Shown here: piece after piece, positions 55,678 to 64,000 of the stretch
Position numbering within the stretch: the stretch's first letter is position 1
Layout: each line of letters opens with the position of its first letter
NCBI GenBank assembly: GCA_043799405.1
Contig: JAZDNT010000002.1
Coordinates: 107,320 to 171,319, forward strand
Reading direction: 5' to 3'
DNA length: 64,000 nt
From: Candidatus Kerfeldbacteria bacterium
GTDB taxonomy: Bacteria; Patescibacteriota; Patescibacteriia; SBBC01
The notes under the pieces: model-generated
Database searches by the model: none
What the model was told of the DNA's origin: nothing
What the model saw: the letters and a program-made list of their open reading frames with translations, nothing else
Position numbers and translations under genes: made by a program

Positions 55678-55872
55678 ATGAAGCAAAGGCGGGCTCGTAG
55701 ACCGAAGCGCCCGGCCGAGGATCTGGCTAGCGTGCCGGTGCCGAAAGATCTCCAGCCACTCCCGAAGCTGTCCAAGAAAGACATCGAGAGGGCTCGCGCC
55801 TCCGATCCTAGCCGCCCGCTGTACGACGCGGTACGCAGAGGATTCAGGATCGCGCGACGCCGCCCCGACTGA
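55678..55872 (+). CDS. hypothetical small basic protein (64 aa)
   Basis: GAGGAGGAAG SD. MKQRRARRPKRPAEDL... Confidence 0.4.
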   Translation: MKQRRARRPKRPAEDLASVPVPKDLQPLPKLSKKDIERARASDPSRPLYDAVRRGFRIARRRPD

Positions 55873-56108
55873 GGCTTATCCCACGGCCTCATCGGCCCTG
55901 CTCTCTCTCAGGTAGATGCGCCCCCTGGGCGCCGTACGAACCCCCGTTCCTCTCCGGAGCGCGATAAGGGGTTCTTTGTTTTGACCAGTCGCACTCCACC
56001 CATCAGCGATTCGAACTCGCAGCTGTTTCGCGCTTCCTCCCTCCTGCTCAATTTACCCACTTCGAAGCACTGCGGTGCGTGCCTCCACCTCTCTATAGAG
56101 CACGACAA

Positions 56109-56135
56109 AGCCGCTTGTTCAGCGGCTCTTTCGTT
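56109..56135 (-). terminator. stem-loop about 50 nt downstream of tRNA-Arg(UCG)
   Basis: AGCCGCT-TGTTC-AGCGGCT with short T-runs on both strands. Confidence 0.45.
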
Positions 56136-56177
56136 GCTGTCCACAGCGTGTCTCGTGGCACCGTACTTAAACCCTCT

Positions 56178-56253
56178 TGGTGCGCCCGGAGGGAGTCGAA
56201 CCCCCGACCCTCTGGTCCGAAGCCAGATGCTCTATCCACTGAGCTACGGGCGC
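56178..56253 (-). tRNA. tRNA-Arg (anticodon UCG), CCA encoded
   Basis: Manual cloverleaf: GCGCCCG/CGGGCGC acceptor stem, D-stem GCTC/GAGC, anticodon stem TCTGG/CCAGA, loop CTTCGGA, T-stem GGGGG/CCCTC. 76 nt. Confidence 0.9.
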
Positions 56254-56489
56254 ATGATATAATGTTGGATTGAAATGCGACTTTTCTTCATTTTGATCGT
56301 TCGTTCTAGTCGCTTTGCCTCGCTGAGTGTAGCACAACGTTTTTCAAAAACAAGTTTCCAAGGAACATACGGTTTCGTATAACGGCTATAACCCGAATTG
56401 TGTTCATGGATTCGGCGATGTACGTCATTGGTACAACCGATGTAGAATCGACCGTCAACCGTACTTTGAATTATGTACGCGGAATACAT
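56244..56489 (-). CDS. GIY-YIG nuclease family protein (UPF0213-like)
   Basis: MYSAYIIQSTVDGRFYIGCTNDVHRRIHEHNSG. The stop overlaps the tRNA-Arg 5' end by 10 nt. Confidence 0.8.
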   Translation of the reverse strand: MYSAYIIQSTVDGRFYIGCTNDVHRRIHEHNSGYSRYTKPYVPWKLVFEKRCATLSEAKRLERTIKMKKSRISIQHYIMRP

Positions 56490-56787
56490 TGTTGTTCCAC
56501 TGAGTCCCGACATCCCGATGCACAATGCGGTCGGGAGTCGGGATCCCGATTCCGCCTACGGCGGACATCGGGGCTACGGGCGCACGGGGTTGCGTTGCGT
56601 GATATCCATTTCACTACGAGGGCACGTGCGAAAGGGTATCACTTTTTCTAATTAAAAACAATCTGTCATGTCTGCCAGAGCGCCGACCCCGACCACCCCT
56701 CCGCTTCGCGGTTTCCCCTCCTCAATTGAGGAGAGGAAAATGTCCCGAGCACTGTCGAGGGACATTGGGGAGGTCTTTCCACCCGAG

Positions 56788-57834
56788 CTATCGCAGCAGC
56801 GACTTCGGGTCGAGCATGTGCGTCTGCGCGACCTCTTTCGTGATCTGTTTCTCCTCGTAGAGGCGCCGGATGTCCTGGTCCATCGTGACCATGCCTATCT
56901 CTGCGCTCGTCTGCATCACCGTTTTGATCTGCGGTATCTTGTTCTCGCGGATGAGGTTCGAGATCGCGGGCGTGTTGATGAGCACCTCGCGCGAAGCGAG
57001 CCGGCCGCCGCCGGATTTCGGAAGGAGCTGCTGCGAGATGATCGCGCGGAGGAAGAGCGACACCTGGAGCCGGACCTGCGACTGCTGATACGGCGGGAAT
57101 ACGTCGATGATACGGTCGATCGACTGCGCTGCGTTCAATGTGTGCAGGGTCGCGAGGACAAGGTGACCGGTTTCTGCGAGCGTGATCGTTGACGAGATCG
57201 TCTCGAGGTCGCGCATCTCACCGACGAGGATGACGTTCGGGTCCTGCCTAAGGACGTGCTTTAGGGCTGCGGCGAACGAGAGCATGTCCGATCCCAGCTG
57301 CCGCTGACGGATGATCGACTTCTTCGGCGTATAGAGGAATTCGATCGGATCCTCAAGCGTGACGATGTGTTCTGTCCGTTCTTTATTGATGACCTCGATC
57401 ATCGCGGCGAGCGTCGTTGACTTTCCCATTCCAGTCGGGCCGGTTACGAGGATGAGCCCCTGGTGTTCCTGGATGAGGTCATAGGCGACCTTAGGTAGCC
57501 CTAAGCTTTCCATTGTCGGGATGTCGTTCGCGACGACGCGGGCGACGAGGCTCACGGAATCGAGCTCATACATGATGTTCACGCGGAACCTCGAAAGCCC
57601 CTTGATCTCGTAGGAGAGGTCAAGTTCCTTGTCGCGCTCGAACGCCTGCTGCTGCCGTTCGCTCAGGATCAAAAAGACAAGTTCATTGAGCTCCTCTGAC
57701 GCAAGCGCTTTTTTACCCGGGATCGGTTTTAGCACGCCATCGATGCGGACGATGGGAGGCTGGTCCTTCAGGAGGTGAAGGTCCGATGCCCGATGCTGAA
57801 CTGCGTATTGGAAAAACTCGTCTATTTTTTTCAT
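56788..57834 (-). CDS. pilT: type IV pilus retraction ATPase PilT
   Basis: ASDLHL, Walker A GPTGMGKST, Asp box, Walker B ILVGEMRD, His box TGHLVLATLHT. Confidence 0.9.
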   Translation of the reverse strand: MKKIDEFFQYAVQHRASDLHLLKDQPPIVRIDGVLKPIPGKKALASEELNELVFLILSERQQQAFERDKELDLSYEIKGLSRFRVNIMYELDSVSLVARVVANDIPTMESLGLPKVAYDLIQEHQGLILVTGPTGMGKSTTLAAMIEVINKERTEHIVTLEDPIEFLYTPKKSIIRQRQLGSDMLSFAAALKHVLRQDPNVILVGEMRDLETISSTITLAETGHLVLATLHTLNAAQSIDRIIDVFPPYQQSQVRLQVSLFLRAIISQQLLPKSGGGRLASREVLINTPAISNLIRENKIPQIKTVMQTSAEIGMVTMDQDIRRLYEEKQITKEVAQTHMLDPKSLLR

Positions 57835-57932
57835 ACGTTCATAGTGTTGCAGAGCTTTCGTGAATAGTCAACAGCGCATGGTGCATACTTGGGGATTCCT
57901 TTGAACGCGGCAGTATCGTATACTGGTAGAAC

Positions 57933-59300
57933 ATGGAAAAGAACAAGGTCCATATCGTCGGTATTGGCGGGTGCGGAGCATCAGGGGTCGCCCGCTACCT
58001 CAAAGCGCTCGGGATGGAGGTTACCGGTTCGGACTCTGACCGAGCTAGGACCGTCGGGTTGAAAACTGCGGGAATACCGGTAGAAGACGCCCATAGCGCG
58101 GGGAACATCGGAAATCCCGATGTTGTGCTGTTTAGCCCCGGTGTTTTTGCTGCTGCACGAGAGCTTTCTACAGCGCGGAGGAAGAAGATCCCTGTACTGA
58201 CGTGGCAGGAGTTCCTCGGAAAGTTCCTAAGCCGCAGAACCGGGGACAGCTTCATGGTGGCTGGCACGTTCGGAAAGGGCTCGACAGCTGCGATACTGGG
58301 GCACATCCTTGCCGCCGCATACCTCGATCCACTTGCGATACTCGGCGTCGATGATTTGTCCTGGGATTCGAATATTAGGATCGGCAGCGGACCGTGGCTC
58401 CTCGAGGCGGACGAGTACGACCGTCACTTCCACTTCTTCCATCCCTCGTACACGGTGCTCACGAGCCTCGAGCATGAGCACGTGTCGACGTACAAGACGT
58501 TCGAATCGTACGTCGATGCGTTCGCACGGTTCTTCCGGTCGATGAAGCAGCCCCATGCAGTCGTAGCAAAAAGGACGCCGTCGATCGATGCAAACACGAA
58601 GCGGCTGTTCCCGAATGGGGCGATTACGTACAGCATAAGCGATGATGCTGATGTTCGCGGAACGATATCGAGCGAGAGTGCGGAGGGCTCTCGGTTCATG
58701 CTCCATTCCCCGAAGTTCTCCGTAGAGCACCGGGAGTTCGAGATACGGGTACCGGGGAGGATTCACGTTGAGAACGCTGTCGGCGCGATCGCGCTCGCGC
58801 TCGCCGCGGGCATTGACATCAATGCAGCGAACGCAGGACTTGCGACGTTCAGGGGACTCAAGAGCCGGTACGAGGTGGTTCGGCACGGAGCGTTCACGAC
58901 GATCTTTGACTACGCGCACACTCCCGACCGTATTCGTCCTGTGATCGAGCACACAAAGAAGCTCTTTCCGGGAAAGAGGATCATCGTGCTGTTCGAGCCG
59001 CACCTCTACAGCAGAACAAAACAGTACCTTGGCGAGTTCACGGCGGTGCTGCGCGAGGCTAACCGTTCGTACGTAACCGATATTTTCCCGTCACGAGAAG
59101 CGAAGTCGCCGCTTCGAAAGAAGGTCCATGCGAAGGATCTTACGAAGGATGGTGGAGACAGGGTGCTCTACGTTGGTTCGCTCGAAAACGGCATTTCGAC
59201 CATCGAGCGGAACCGCACTGAACGGGACGTAGTTCTTGTGCTCGGGGCTGGCCCTGTGCAGTTCGCTTCTCGGAAACTTACTGATACGATCGCGCGTTGA
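57933..59300 (+). CDS. Mur ligase family protein (MurC/Mpl-like)
   Basis: VHIVGIGGCGASGVARYLKALGMEVTGSD N-terminal domain, P-loop-like AGTFGKGSTAA, Mur ligase middle and C-terminal domains. Confidence 0.7.
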   Translation: MEKNKVHIVGIGGCGASGVARYLKALGMEVTGSDSDRARTVGLKTAGIPVEDAHSAGNIGNPDVVLFSPGVFAAARELSTARRKKIPVLTWQEFLGKFLSRRTGDSFMVAGTFGKGSTAAILGHILAAAYLDPLAILGVDDLSWDSNIRIGSGPWLLEADEYDRHFHFFHPSYTVLTSLEHEHVSTYKTFESYVDAFARFFRSMKQPHAVVAKRTPSIDANTKRLFPNGAITYSISDDADVRGTISSESAEGSRFMLHSPKFSVEHREFEIRVPGRIHVENAVGAIALALAAGIDINAANAGLATFRGLKSRYEVVRHGAFTTIFDYAHTPDRIRPVIEHTKKLFPGKRIIVLFEPHLYSRTKQYLGEFTAVLREANRSYVTDIFPSREAKSPLRKKVHAKDLTKDGGDRVLYVGSLENGISTIERNRTERDVVLVLGAGPVQFASRKLTDTIAR

Positions 59301-59321
59301 CGGGGGAGAGAGCGGCCGTTG

Positions 59322-60365
59322 CTAACGCTCACGTACAAGGAGGTACCGGGCGAGCTCTTCAAGTTTCCGTTTTGCAGAAGGCGCAATCGGGCACTGGGAT
59401 ATCGCGATAAGACCGGCATCCGTAAGGTTTTTCGAAAGTTCGAGCGTCCGCTTGTACGCGTCGGTCTTTTTCATCAGCGCCCGGACATATGAAATATCGC
59501 GGGATGAGGCGTTCTGGTTTCCGAGGGTGTTCCAAAGCCTCTTTCGCTCCTTCGCAGTAGCCACCTGGTGCGTATAGTATACGAGGAGCGTTCGTTTCCC
59601 TTCTCTGATGTCCGAGTCGTGCGATTTGCCCGTTTCTTTAGGGTTTCCGAAGATCCCGAGGATATCGTCACGAAGCTGGAACGCAAGGCCGAGGGGTATG
59701 CTGAACGTCGAAAATCGCTTGAGCTCGGGGGTTTTCGCTCCGCCGAGTATCGCCCCAATCTTTAGAGGCCATTCGATAGAGTATCGCCCGCTCTTATAGA
59801 TCATCGCACGGACGATGTCGTCGAGCGAGACGCGTTTCTGCCTTGTGAGATCGAACTCAAGCTGCTGGCCGAGGATCGTCTCTTCTATCATCTGTTGGAA
59901 TGCTGTCCGGGCGTCCTCGCGATGCCGTTTCGGAACAGGAATACGGTCGATCCTGTCGGCTGTCGAAAGAAGAAGGTCACCGCTTAAGACCGCCGTGCCC
60001 AATCCGGCGTGAGCATCACCGCTCGATGTGCGTACTGCTTCATGGATCGTCGGCGATCCTCTCCGCGTGATCGCGCGGTCCATGATATCGTCATGGATGA
60101 GCGCGAACGAATGAAAGAGCTCGACCATGAGACCTGCCTGTATGACCACCGTTGGATTTCGTCCGCCGACCGCTTCATAGCCGAGACTCACGAGAAGGGG
60201 CCGTAAGCGTTTGCCGCCCTTGAGCGTTCTGAGCGTCAACGAAACAGGATGGTCAAGGCGCACGTCGAGCGCATGGCTCGATCGTTTCCTTTCCTGCATG
60301 TATGACGAGAGGGTTTTTTCAAACCTTCGTTGGAAAGCGATAATAAATCGCGGAACGGTTGGCAT
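59322..60365 (-). CDS. polyprenyl diphosphate synthase
   Basis: FARM motif LIHDDIMD and SARM motif FQLRDDILG. Start uncertain (the ORF extends to 60440). Confidence 0.85.
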   Translation of the reverse strand: MPTVPRFIIAFQRRFEKTLSSYMQERKRSSHALDVRLDHPVSLTLRTLKGGKRLRPLLVSLGYEAVGGRNPTVVIQAGLMVELFHSFALIHDDIMDRAITRRGSPTIHEAVRTSSGDAHAGLGTAVLSGDLLLSTADRIDRIPVPKRHREDARTAFQQMIEETILGQQLEFDLTRQKRVSLDDIVRAMIYKSGRYSIEWPLKIGAILGGAKTPELKRFSTFSIPLGLAFQLRDDILGIFGNPKETGKSHDSDIREGKRTLLVYYTHQVATAKERKRLWNTLGNQNASSRDISYVRALMKKTDAYKRTLELSKNLTDAGLIAISQCPIAPSAKRKLEELARYLLVRER

Positions 60366-60534
60366 TCTTGTAAACCGGATTAGCTTGTTTCGATGTTCAC
60401 TAGTATCAGTATACGGTTTTCGATTGAGGTGACAAGTCAACCTCGGTGAGCAAAGTGTAGGGATAATTGAAAAAACCCTTAAAGTATGCTACAATACATG
60501 TGGAGTGAAAATCGAAGTGTTAACGAAAGGACAT

Positions 60535-62490
60535 ATGAAAACATTTTTACGTTTAGCTTGCATTATCAGTGCCTGCATCGTTGGCATTGCGTCCTTTTCT
60601 GTTGCGGCAGAGGCGAGGGTCGGCGATGTATCAACGTGGCTCGGCCGCTTGTACGCAGGCGACGGTTCTCCTGCGCTATCCGCGTTCCTCGATAATCCCG
60701 AAGGTTTTACGGCCGATCAGTCCTGCAATCTGTACATCGCCGATACGAAGGATAACGTCGTGCGGAAGATCGACAACTCTTCGAAGATCATATCGACGAT
60801 CGCTGGAACCGGAGACTACGGCAGCACGGGCGGCGCAGCGCTGAAGTCGAAGTTCAGCGCTCCCTCAGATGTTGAGATAGGTCCCTCAGGCGAGCTCTAC
60901 GTTGTCGATACCGAAAGCAATGCAGTAAGGATCATCCGGAACAGGGCAGTAACTACGTGGGTTAAAAACCTGAACCGTCCGACCGGACTGCTCATCGACG
61001 GATCGACGCTGTACGTAAGCGATACCAACAACAACCGCATAATTAAAGCAACGGTCCCGAGCGGGTCCTTGAGTACCGTTGTGAACGTCACAAAACCGGG
61101 CAAACTAGCGATCCTCAACGGTTACCTGTACGTTACAACGCATACGAATTCCGTCATCACGCGGATTAATCTCGCAACCGGTGTCACGTCGATGGTAAAG
61201 GACGGACTTACAGACGTCGATGGGGTTGCTGCGTACAACGGTATGGTGTACTTCCTCGCAAGCGATCGTGGGATGTACAACGAAATATGGCGGTATGATC
61301 CCGGGACCGGAACATCGACCATGCTCGTCCACGTCGTTGAGGACGAGTGGTACAACCACGCATCGGATATCCTCTTCTGCAACAGTACGATGTACCTGCT
61401 GTTCTCGGTCGGTTCGAGCGTCTACACGGCCGCGCTCGACGGAACGAACCCCGTACGGATCGCTGGTGCACACCGCTACGGCGACCAAGATGGAAATAAG
61501 AACGTCCTGATGCTCGGCCGTCCGAAAGCCCTCGTACTGTCGAAGGACCAGAACAAGATATACATCCTCGAGAACCACCGGTTCGTTGTGTACGACCTGC
61601 GGGTCGGGGTACTGAGTTTCATGGCGGGAAGCCCGATGGACAACTGGCGCGACGGCGTCGGGAATAACGCGAGATTGAGCGGCGCGACGCAAATGGTGCT
61701 GTCTCCTGACGGTACGAAGCTCTATTTCGCGGACCGCAACAACAACCGCATCCGCGCGCTCGTCATCGACGAGAACATGCTAGAAACGCTCACTGGTGCG
61801 GGTGCGATCAATCAGTTCAGCAATGACCCCAACGGCTACGCCGAAGGAGCGGCATGTCCATTGACGCAGGAGCGGGGCGTTGCCGGCTGTGCGTACTTCA
61901 ACAAGCCGATGGGCATCGCGATAACGAAGGACGGCAGGACGCTCTATGTCGCCGATACGGATAACAACCGCATCCGGAGCGTCGACGTCGCGACCGGCGC
62001 AACAGCACTCGTTGCAGGCAGTGGCGCCGCTGGATTCAAGAACGCGACCGGCGCAAAAGCAACGTTCAGGACGCCCATAAGCCTGCTTTTGAGCAAGGAC
62101 GGAAAGAAGCTCTATGTCGTTGACCAGAAGAACCACGCGATCCGCGAAATTACGCTCTCGACGAAGAAAGTCATGACGCTCCTCGGAACCGGCAAGGCTG
62201 GATATCAGGACGGACCGTTCAAGTATGCGAGGCTGAGCTACCCTGATACGCTCGCGTACGGCTCGGGGAACACCCTGTACCTCTCTGATTCAGGAAGCCA
62301 GCGCATCCGGAAGATAGATCTAAAAAAGAAGACGATCATACACTTCGCAGGATCTGGCCAGCGCGGAAGCAAGAACGGGATTGCAACGAAAGCGACGTTC
62401 AACACCCCAAAGGGACTACTGATGTGGAGCAAGAGAGTGCTCGTTGCAGACCTCATGAACGACATGATCCGGGCCGTGAGTTTGAAGTAA
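60535..62490 (+). CDS. secreted NHL-repeat beta-propeller protein
   Basis: Signal peptide MKTFLRLACIISACIVGIASFSVAAEA. Repeated LYVxDxxNNRIRxx units (at least 8). Confidence 0.85.
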   Translation: MKTFLRLACIISACIVGIASFSVAAEARVGDVSTWLGRLYAGDGSPALSAFLDNPEGFTADQSCNLYIADTKDNVVRKIDNSSKIISTIAGTGDYGSTGGAALKSKFSAPSDVEIGPSGELYVVDTESNAVRIIRNRAVTTWVKNLNRPTGLLIDGSTLYVSDTNNNRIIKATVPSGSLSTVVNVTKPGKLAILNGYLYVTTHTNSVITRINLATGVTSMVKDGLTDVDGVAAYNGMVYFLASDRGMYNEIWRYDPGTGTSTMLVHVVEDEWYNHASDILFCNSTMYLLFSVGSSVYTAALDGTNPVRIAGAHRYGDQDGNKNVLMLGRPKALVLSKDQNKIYILENHRFVVYDLRVGVLSFMAGSPMDNWRDGVGNNARLSGATQMVLSPDGTKLYFADRNNNRIRALVIDENMLETLTGAGAINQFSNDPNGYAEGAACPLTQERGVAGCAYFNKPMGIAITKDGRTLYVADTDNNRIRSVDVATGATALVAGSGAAGFKNATGAKATFRTPISLLLSKDGKKLYVVDQKNHAIREITLSTKKVMTLLGTGKAGYQDGPFKYARLSYPDTLAYGSGNTLYLSDSGSQRIRKIDLKKKTIIHFAGSGQRGSKNGIATKATFNTPKGLLMWSKRVLVADLMNDMIRAVSLK

Positions 62491-62515
62491 GTACCGCATA
62501 CTGAATAAAGCACTT

Positions 62516-62559
62516 CGCCCCCGCGAGTCATTGACTTACGGGGGCGCTAGGGTTTTTTG
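62516..62559. terminator. stem-loop plus T-run between convergent genes
   Basis: CGCCCCCG, 15 nt loop, CGGGGGCG, then GGTTTTTTG. Confidence 0.6.
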
Positions 62560-62759
62560 TTGGTACGGAACATCATCTGCACGCCTTGCCACATGAGCTC
62601 GCACCACACCAGCACACCGCGGAAGACACACGTAAGGGCAATGGCAAGCGTGAACCATCCCACGCTCGGGAACGGGTACATGCTTCCGAACGAGAGCGTG
62701 ACCGTAATCGCTCCAGCGACTGCCGCGAGAACGAACAGGACAATATTCCACGTATCCAT
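62547..62759 (-). CDS. hypothetical small 2-TM membrane protein
   Basis: GGAGGG SD before ATG 62759. MDTWNIVLFVLAAVAGAITVTL...WFTLAIALTCVFRGVLVW. Confidence 0.5.
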   Translation of the reverse strand: MDTWNIVLFVLAAVAGAITVTLSFGSMYPFPSVGWFTLAIALTCVFRGVLVWCELMWQGVQMMFRTNKKP

Positions 62760-62854
62760 GTGTTCCCTCCATTGGGAAAGGGTGGCACGACAGCGAATGA
62801 CGGCATCCTGTCGCATCGATGCCGTTTCGTCAAGAGTCGTGTCGCTGCGGATTG

Positions 62855-64000
62855 TTACGTCGATTTTTTCAGACGTTTCCGTTCGAGCGCGTCAAGGATG
62901 CGCTTACGGATCCGAACACTTTTTGGCGTCACCTCAACAAGCTCGTCCTGCCCGATGTATTCGAGCGCAAGTTCGAGGATCATATCCCGCGGCGACGCGA
63001 GAATGACCGCGTCGTCCGAGGCCTTCGACCGCATGTTGGAGAGCTTCTTCTCTTTCGCCACGTTAATCTCGATATCCTCATCGCGGCTGCACTGGCCGAC
63101 GACCATACCCGCATAGACGGCGACGCCGGGCCCGATGAACAGTCTCCCGCGCTGCTGCGCGTTATCGAGCGCATAGCCCGTACTTGTCCCGTTCTCGAAC
63201 GCAACGAGCGAACCGTGCGAGTTCGCGTTGATGAGCTCCGGCTGATACGGTTCGTACTTATTAAAGAGGTGGTAGATGATCGCAGTGCCACGGCATTTCG
63301 TCATGAGCGCCGATTTGAGGCCGATGACTCCGCGTGTCGGCATGTCGTACTCGAGGTGCTGCTCACCCGCCACCGCCCCATGAGGAGTCCCGCCTTCGGC
63401 GGTGATCGGGGTTGTGTCCATGGAGAGGAGCGTTCCTTTGCGCTTCCCGCACTCTTCGATGACCGCGCCTTGGTGCTCGGTCGGCACGTCGATCGTGACG
63501 AGCTCATACGGTTCGAACTTCTTCCCGTCCTTCTCGTGAAGGATGACCTGCGGCTGGGAGACTTGCAGCTCGAACCCCTCACGCCGCATCTGCTCGATGA
63601 GAATGGCGAGGTGCAGTTCGCCCCTGCCGGACACGAGGAACGAGTTCTCGTTCTCGGTCGGCTGGACGCGGAGTGCGACGTTGGTCTCAAGTTCGCGGTC
63701 GAGGCGTTGTTTGATCTGCCGCGACGTTACGAACGTTCCTTCTTTGCCCGCGAACGGCGATGCGTTCACACCGAACGTCATCTGCACGGTCGGCTGGTCG
63801 ACCTCGACCGGTGGGAGTGGCACCGGGTGCTCGGGATCGGCGATGGTCTCGCCGATGGCGATGTCCGGCAGGCCTGCGACCGCGACGATCTCACCGGCAT
63901 CCGCGGTCTCGACCGCGACCTGCGAGAGTCCTTGGTACACGAGGATGTCGGTTGCCTTGCTCTTACGGACGGTACCGTCGACCGTGATTTCGGCGATCGG
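62855..64000 (-). CDS. typA: translational GTPase TypA/BipA (5' part runs off the window)
   Basis: The C-terminal two-thirds is visible (domains II-V: ...AGEIVAVAGLPDIAIGETI..., ...SGRGELHLAILIEQMRREGFEL...). The reading frame is still open at position 64000. Confidence 0.9.
   Translation of the reverse strand, partial: PIAEITVDGTVRKSKATDILVYQGLSQVAVETADAGEIVAVAGLPDIAIGETIADPEHPVPLPPVEVDQPTVQMTFGVNASPFAGKEGTFVTSRQIKQRLDRELETNVALRVQPTENENSFLVSGRGELHLAILIEQMRREGFELQVSQPQVILHEKDGKKFEPYELVTIDVPTEHQGAVIEECGKRKGTLLSMDTTPITAEGGTPHGAVAGEQHLEYDMPTRGVIGLKSALMTKCRGTAIIYHLFNKYEPYQPELINANSHGSLVAFENGTSTGYALDNAQQRGRLFIGPGVAVYAGMVVGQCSRDEDIEINVAKEKKLSNMRSKASDDAVILASPRDMILELALEYIGQDELVEVTPKSVRIRKRILDALERKRLKKST

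Noticed and set aside
55873-56177. Possible ncRNA or tRNA-like gene between the small basic protein gene and tRNA-Arg (GATTCGAACTCGC T-arm-like string, stem-loops, ORFs 55908..56144 and 55981..56262).
   Set aside because: No cloverleaf can be folded around the T-arm-like string. The clean hairpin at 56109-56127 is best explained as the terminator of the tRNA-Arg/GIY-YIG transcription unit. The ORFs have implausible composition and overlap the tRNA.
56668-57192. 174 aa plus-strand ORF.
   Set aside because: It is antisense to pilT, which has unambiguous ATPase motifs.
1-64000. CRISPR arrays, rRNA genes, and alternative genetic code (UGA or UAG reassignment).
   Set aside because: No regularly spaced short repeats and no rRNA-like sequence were seen. 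All housekeeping genes (infB, clpP, rny, pilT, typA) are intact under the standard bacterial code. The single in-frame TAG at 9751 is isolated, so it is treated as a mutation.

Overview
The window splits into two parts by composition (judged by eye, not computed). Positions 1 to about 25,750 are strongly GC-rich and look like the right-hand part of a large integrative mobile element. The left end of this element is outside the window. It carries: a Type I restriction-modification pair (HsdR plus a fused HsdM-HsdS); a 6.5 kb recombinase-in-trio (RIT) element with a HEAT-repeat lipoprotein as cargo, inserted inside a DUF932 gene; a RadC / Cas4-like nuclease module; a two-gene short-Argonaute/TIR-APAZ (SPARTA-type) defence operon followed by three unrecognisable genes; an XRE-led operon with duplicated winged-helix (wHTH) and RuvC-like genes plus a third truncated RuvC-like copy; and a large serine recombinase whose ORF has no stop codon before it reads through tRNA-Ala(CGC) into tRNA-Arg(CCU). 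After a short, very AT-rich spacer (about 25.9-26.6 kb), the rest has moderate GC and encodes housekeeping and envelope genes. The gene content suggests a small-genome, Patescibacteria/CPR-like bacterium, but this is a low-confidence inference. These genes include two tandem giant LysM-anchored surface proteins, bactofilin, infB-rbfA, clpP, rny-ymdB, HU, pilin, pilT, pyruvoyl arginine decarboxylase, DedA, a Mur ligase, a polyprenyl synthase, an NHL-repeat protein and typA. This part is interrupted by smaller GC-richer patches: a pilin-like gene cluster and a tRNA-Arg-associated islet. It also contains a tRNA-Lys locus littered with fragments of the tRNA itself. No rRNA genes or CRISPR arrays were seen. 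The best candidates for something new are the unrecognisable genes next to SPARTA, the duplicated wHTH/RuvC module, and the nested RIT element with its structured repeats.
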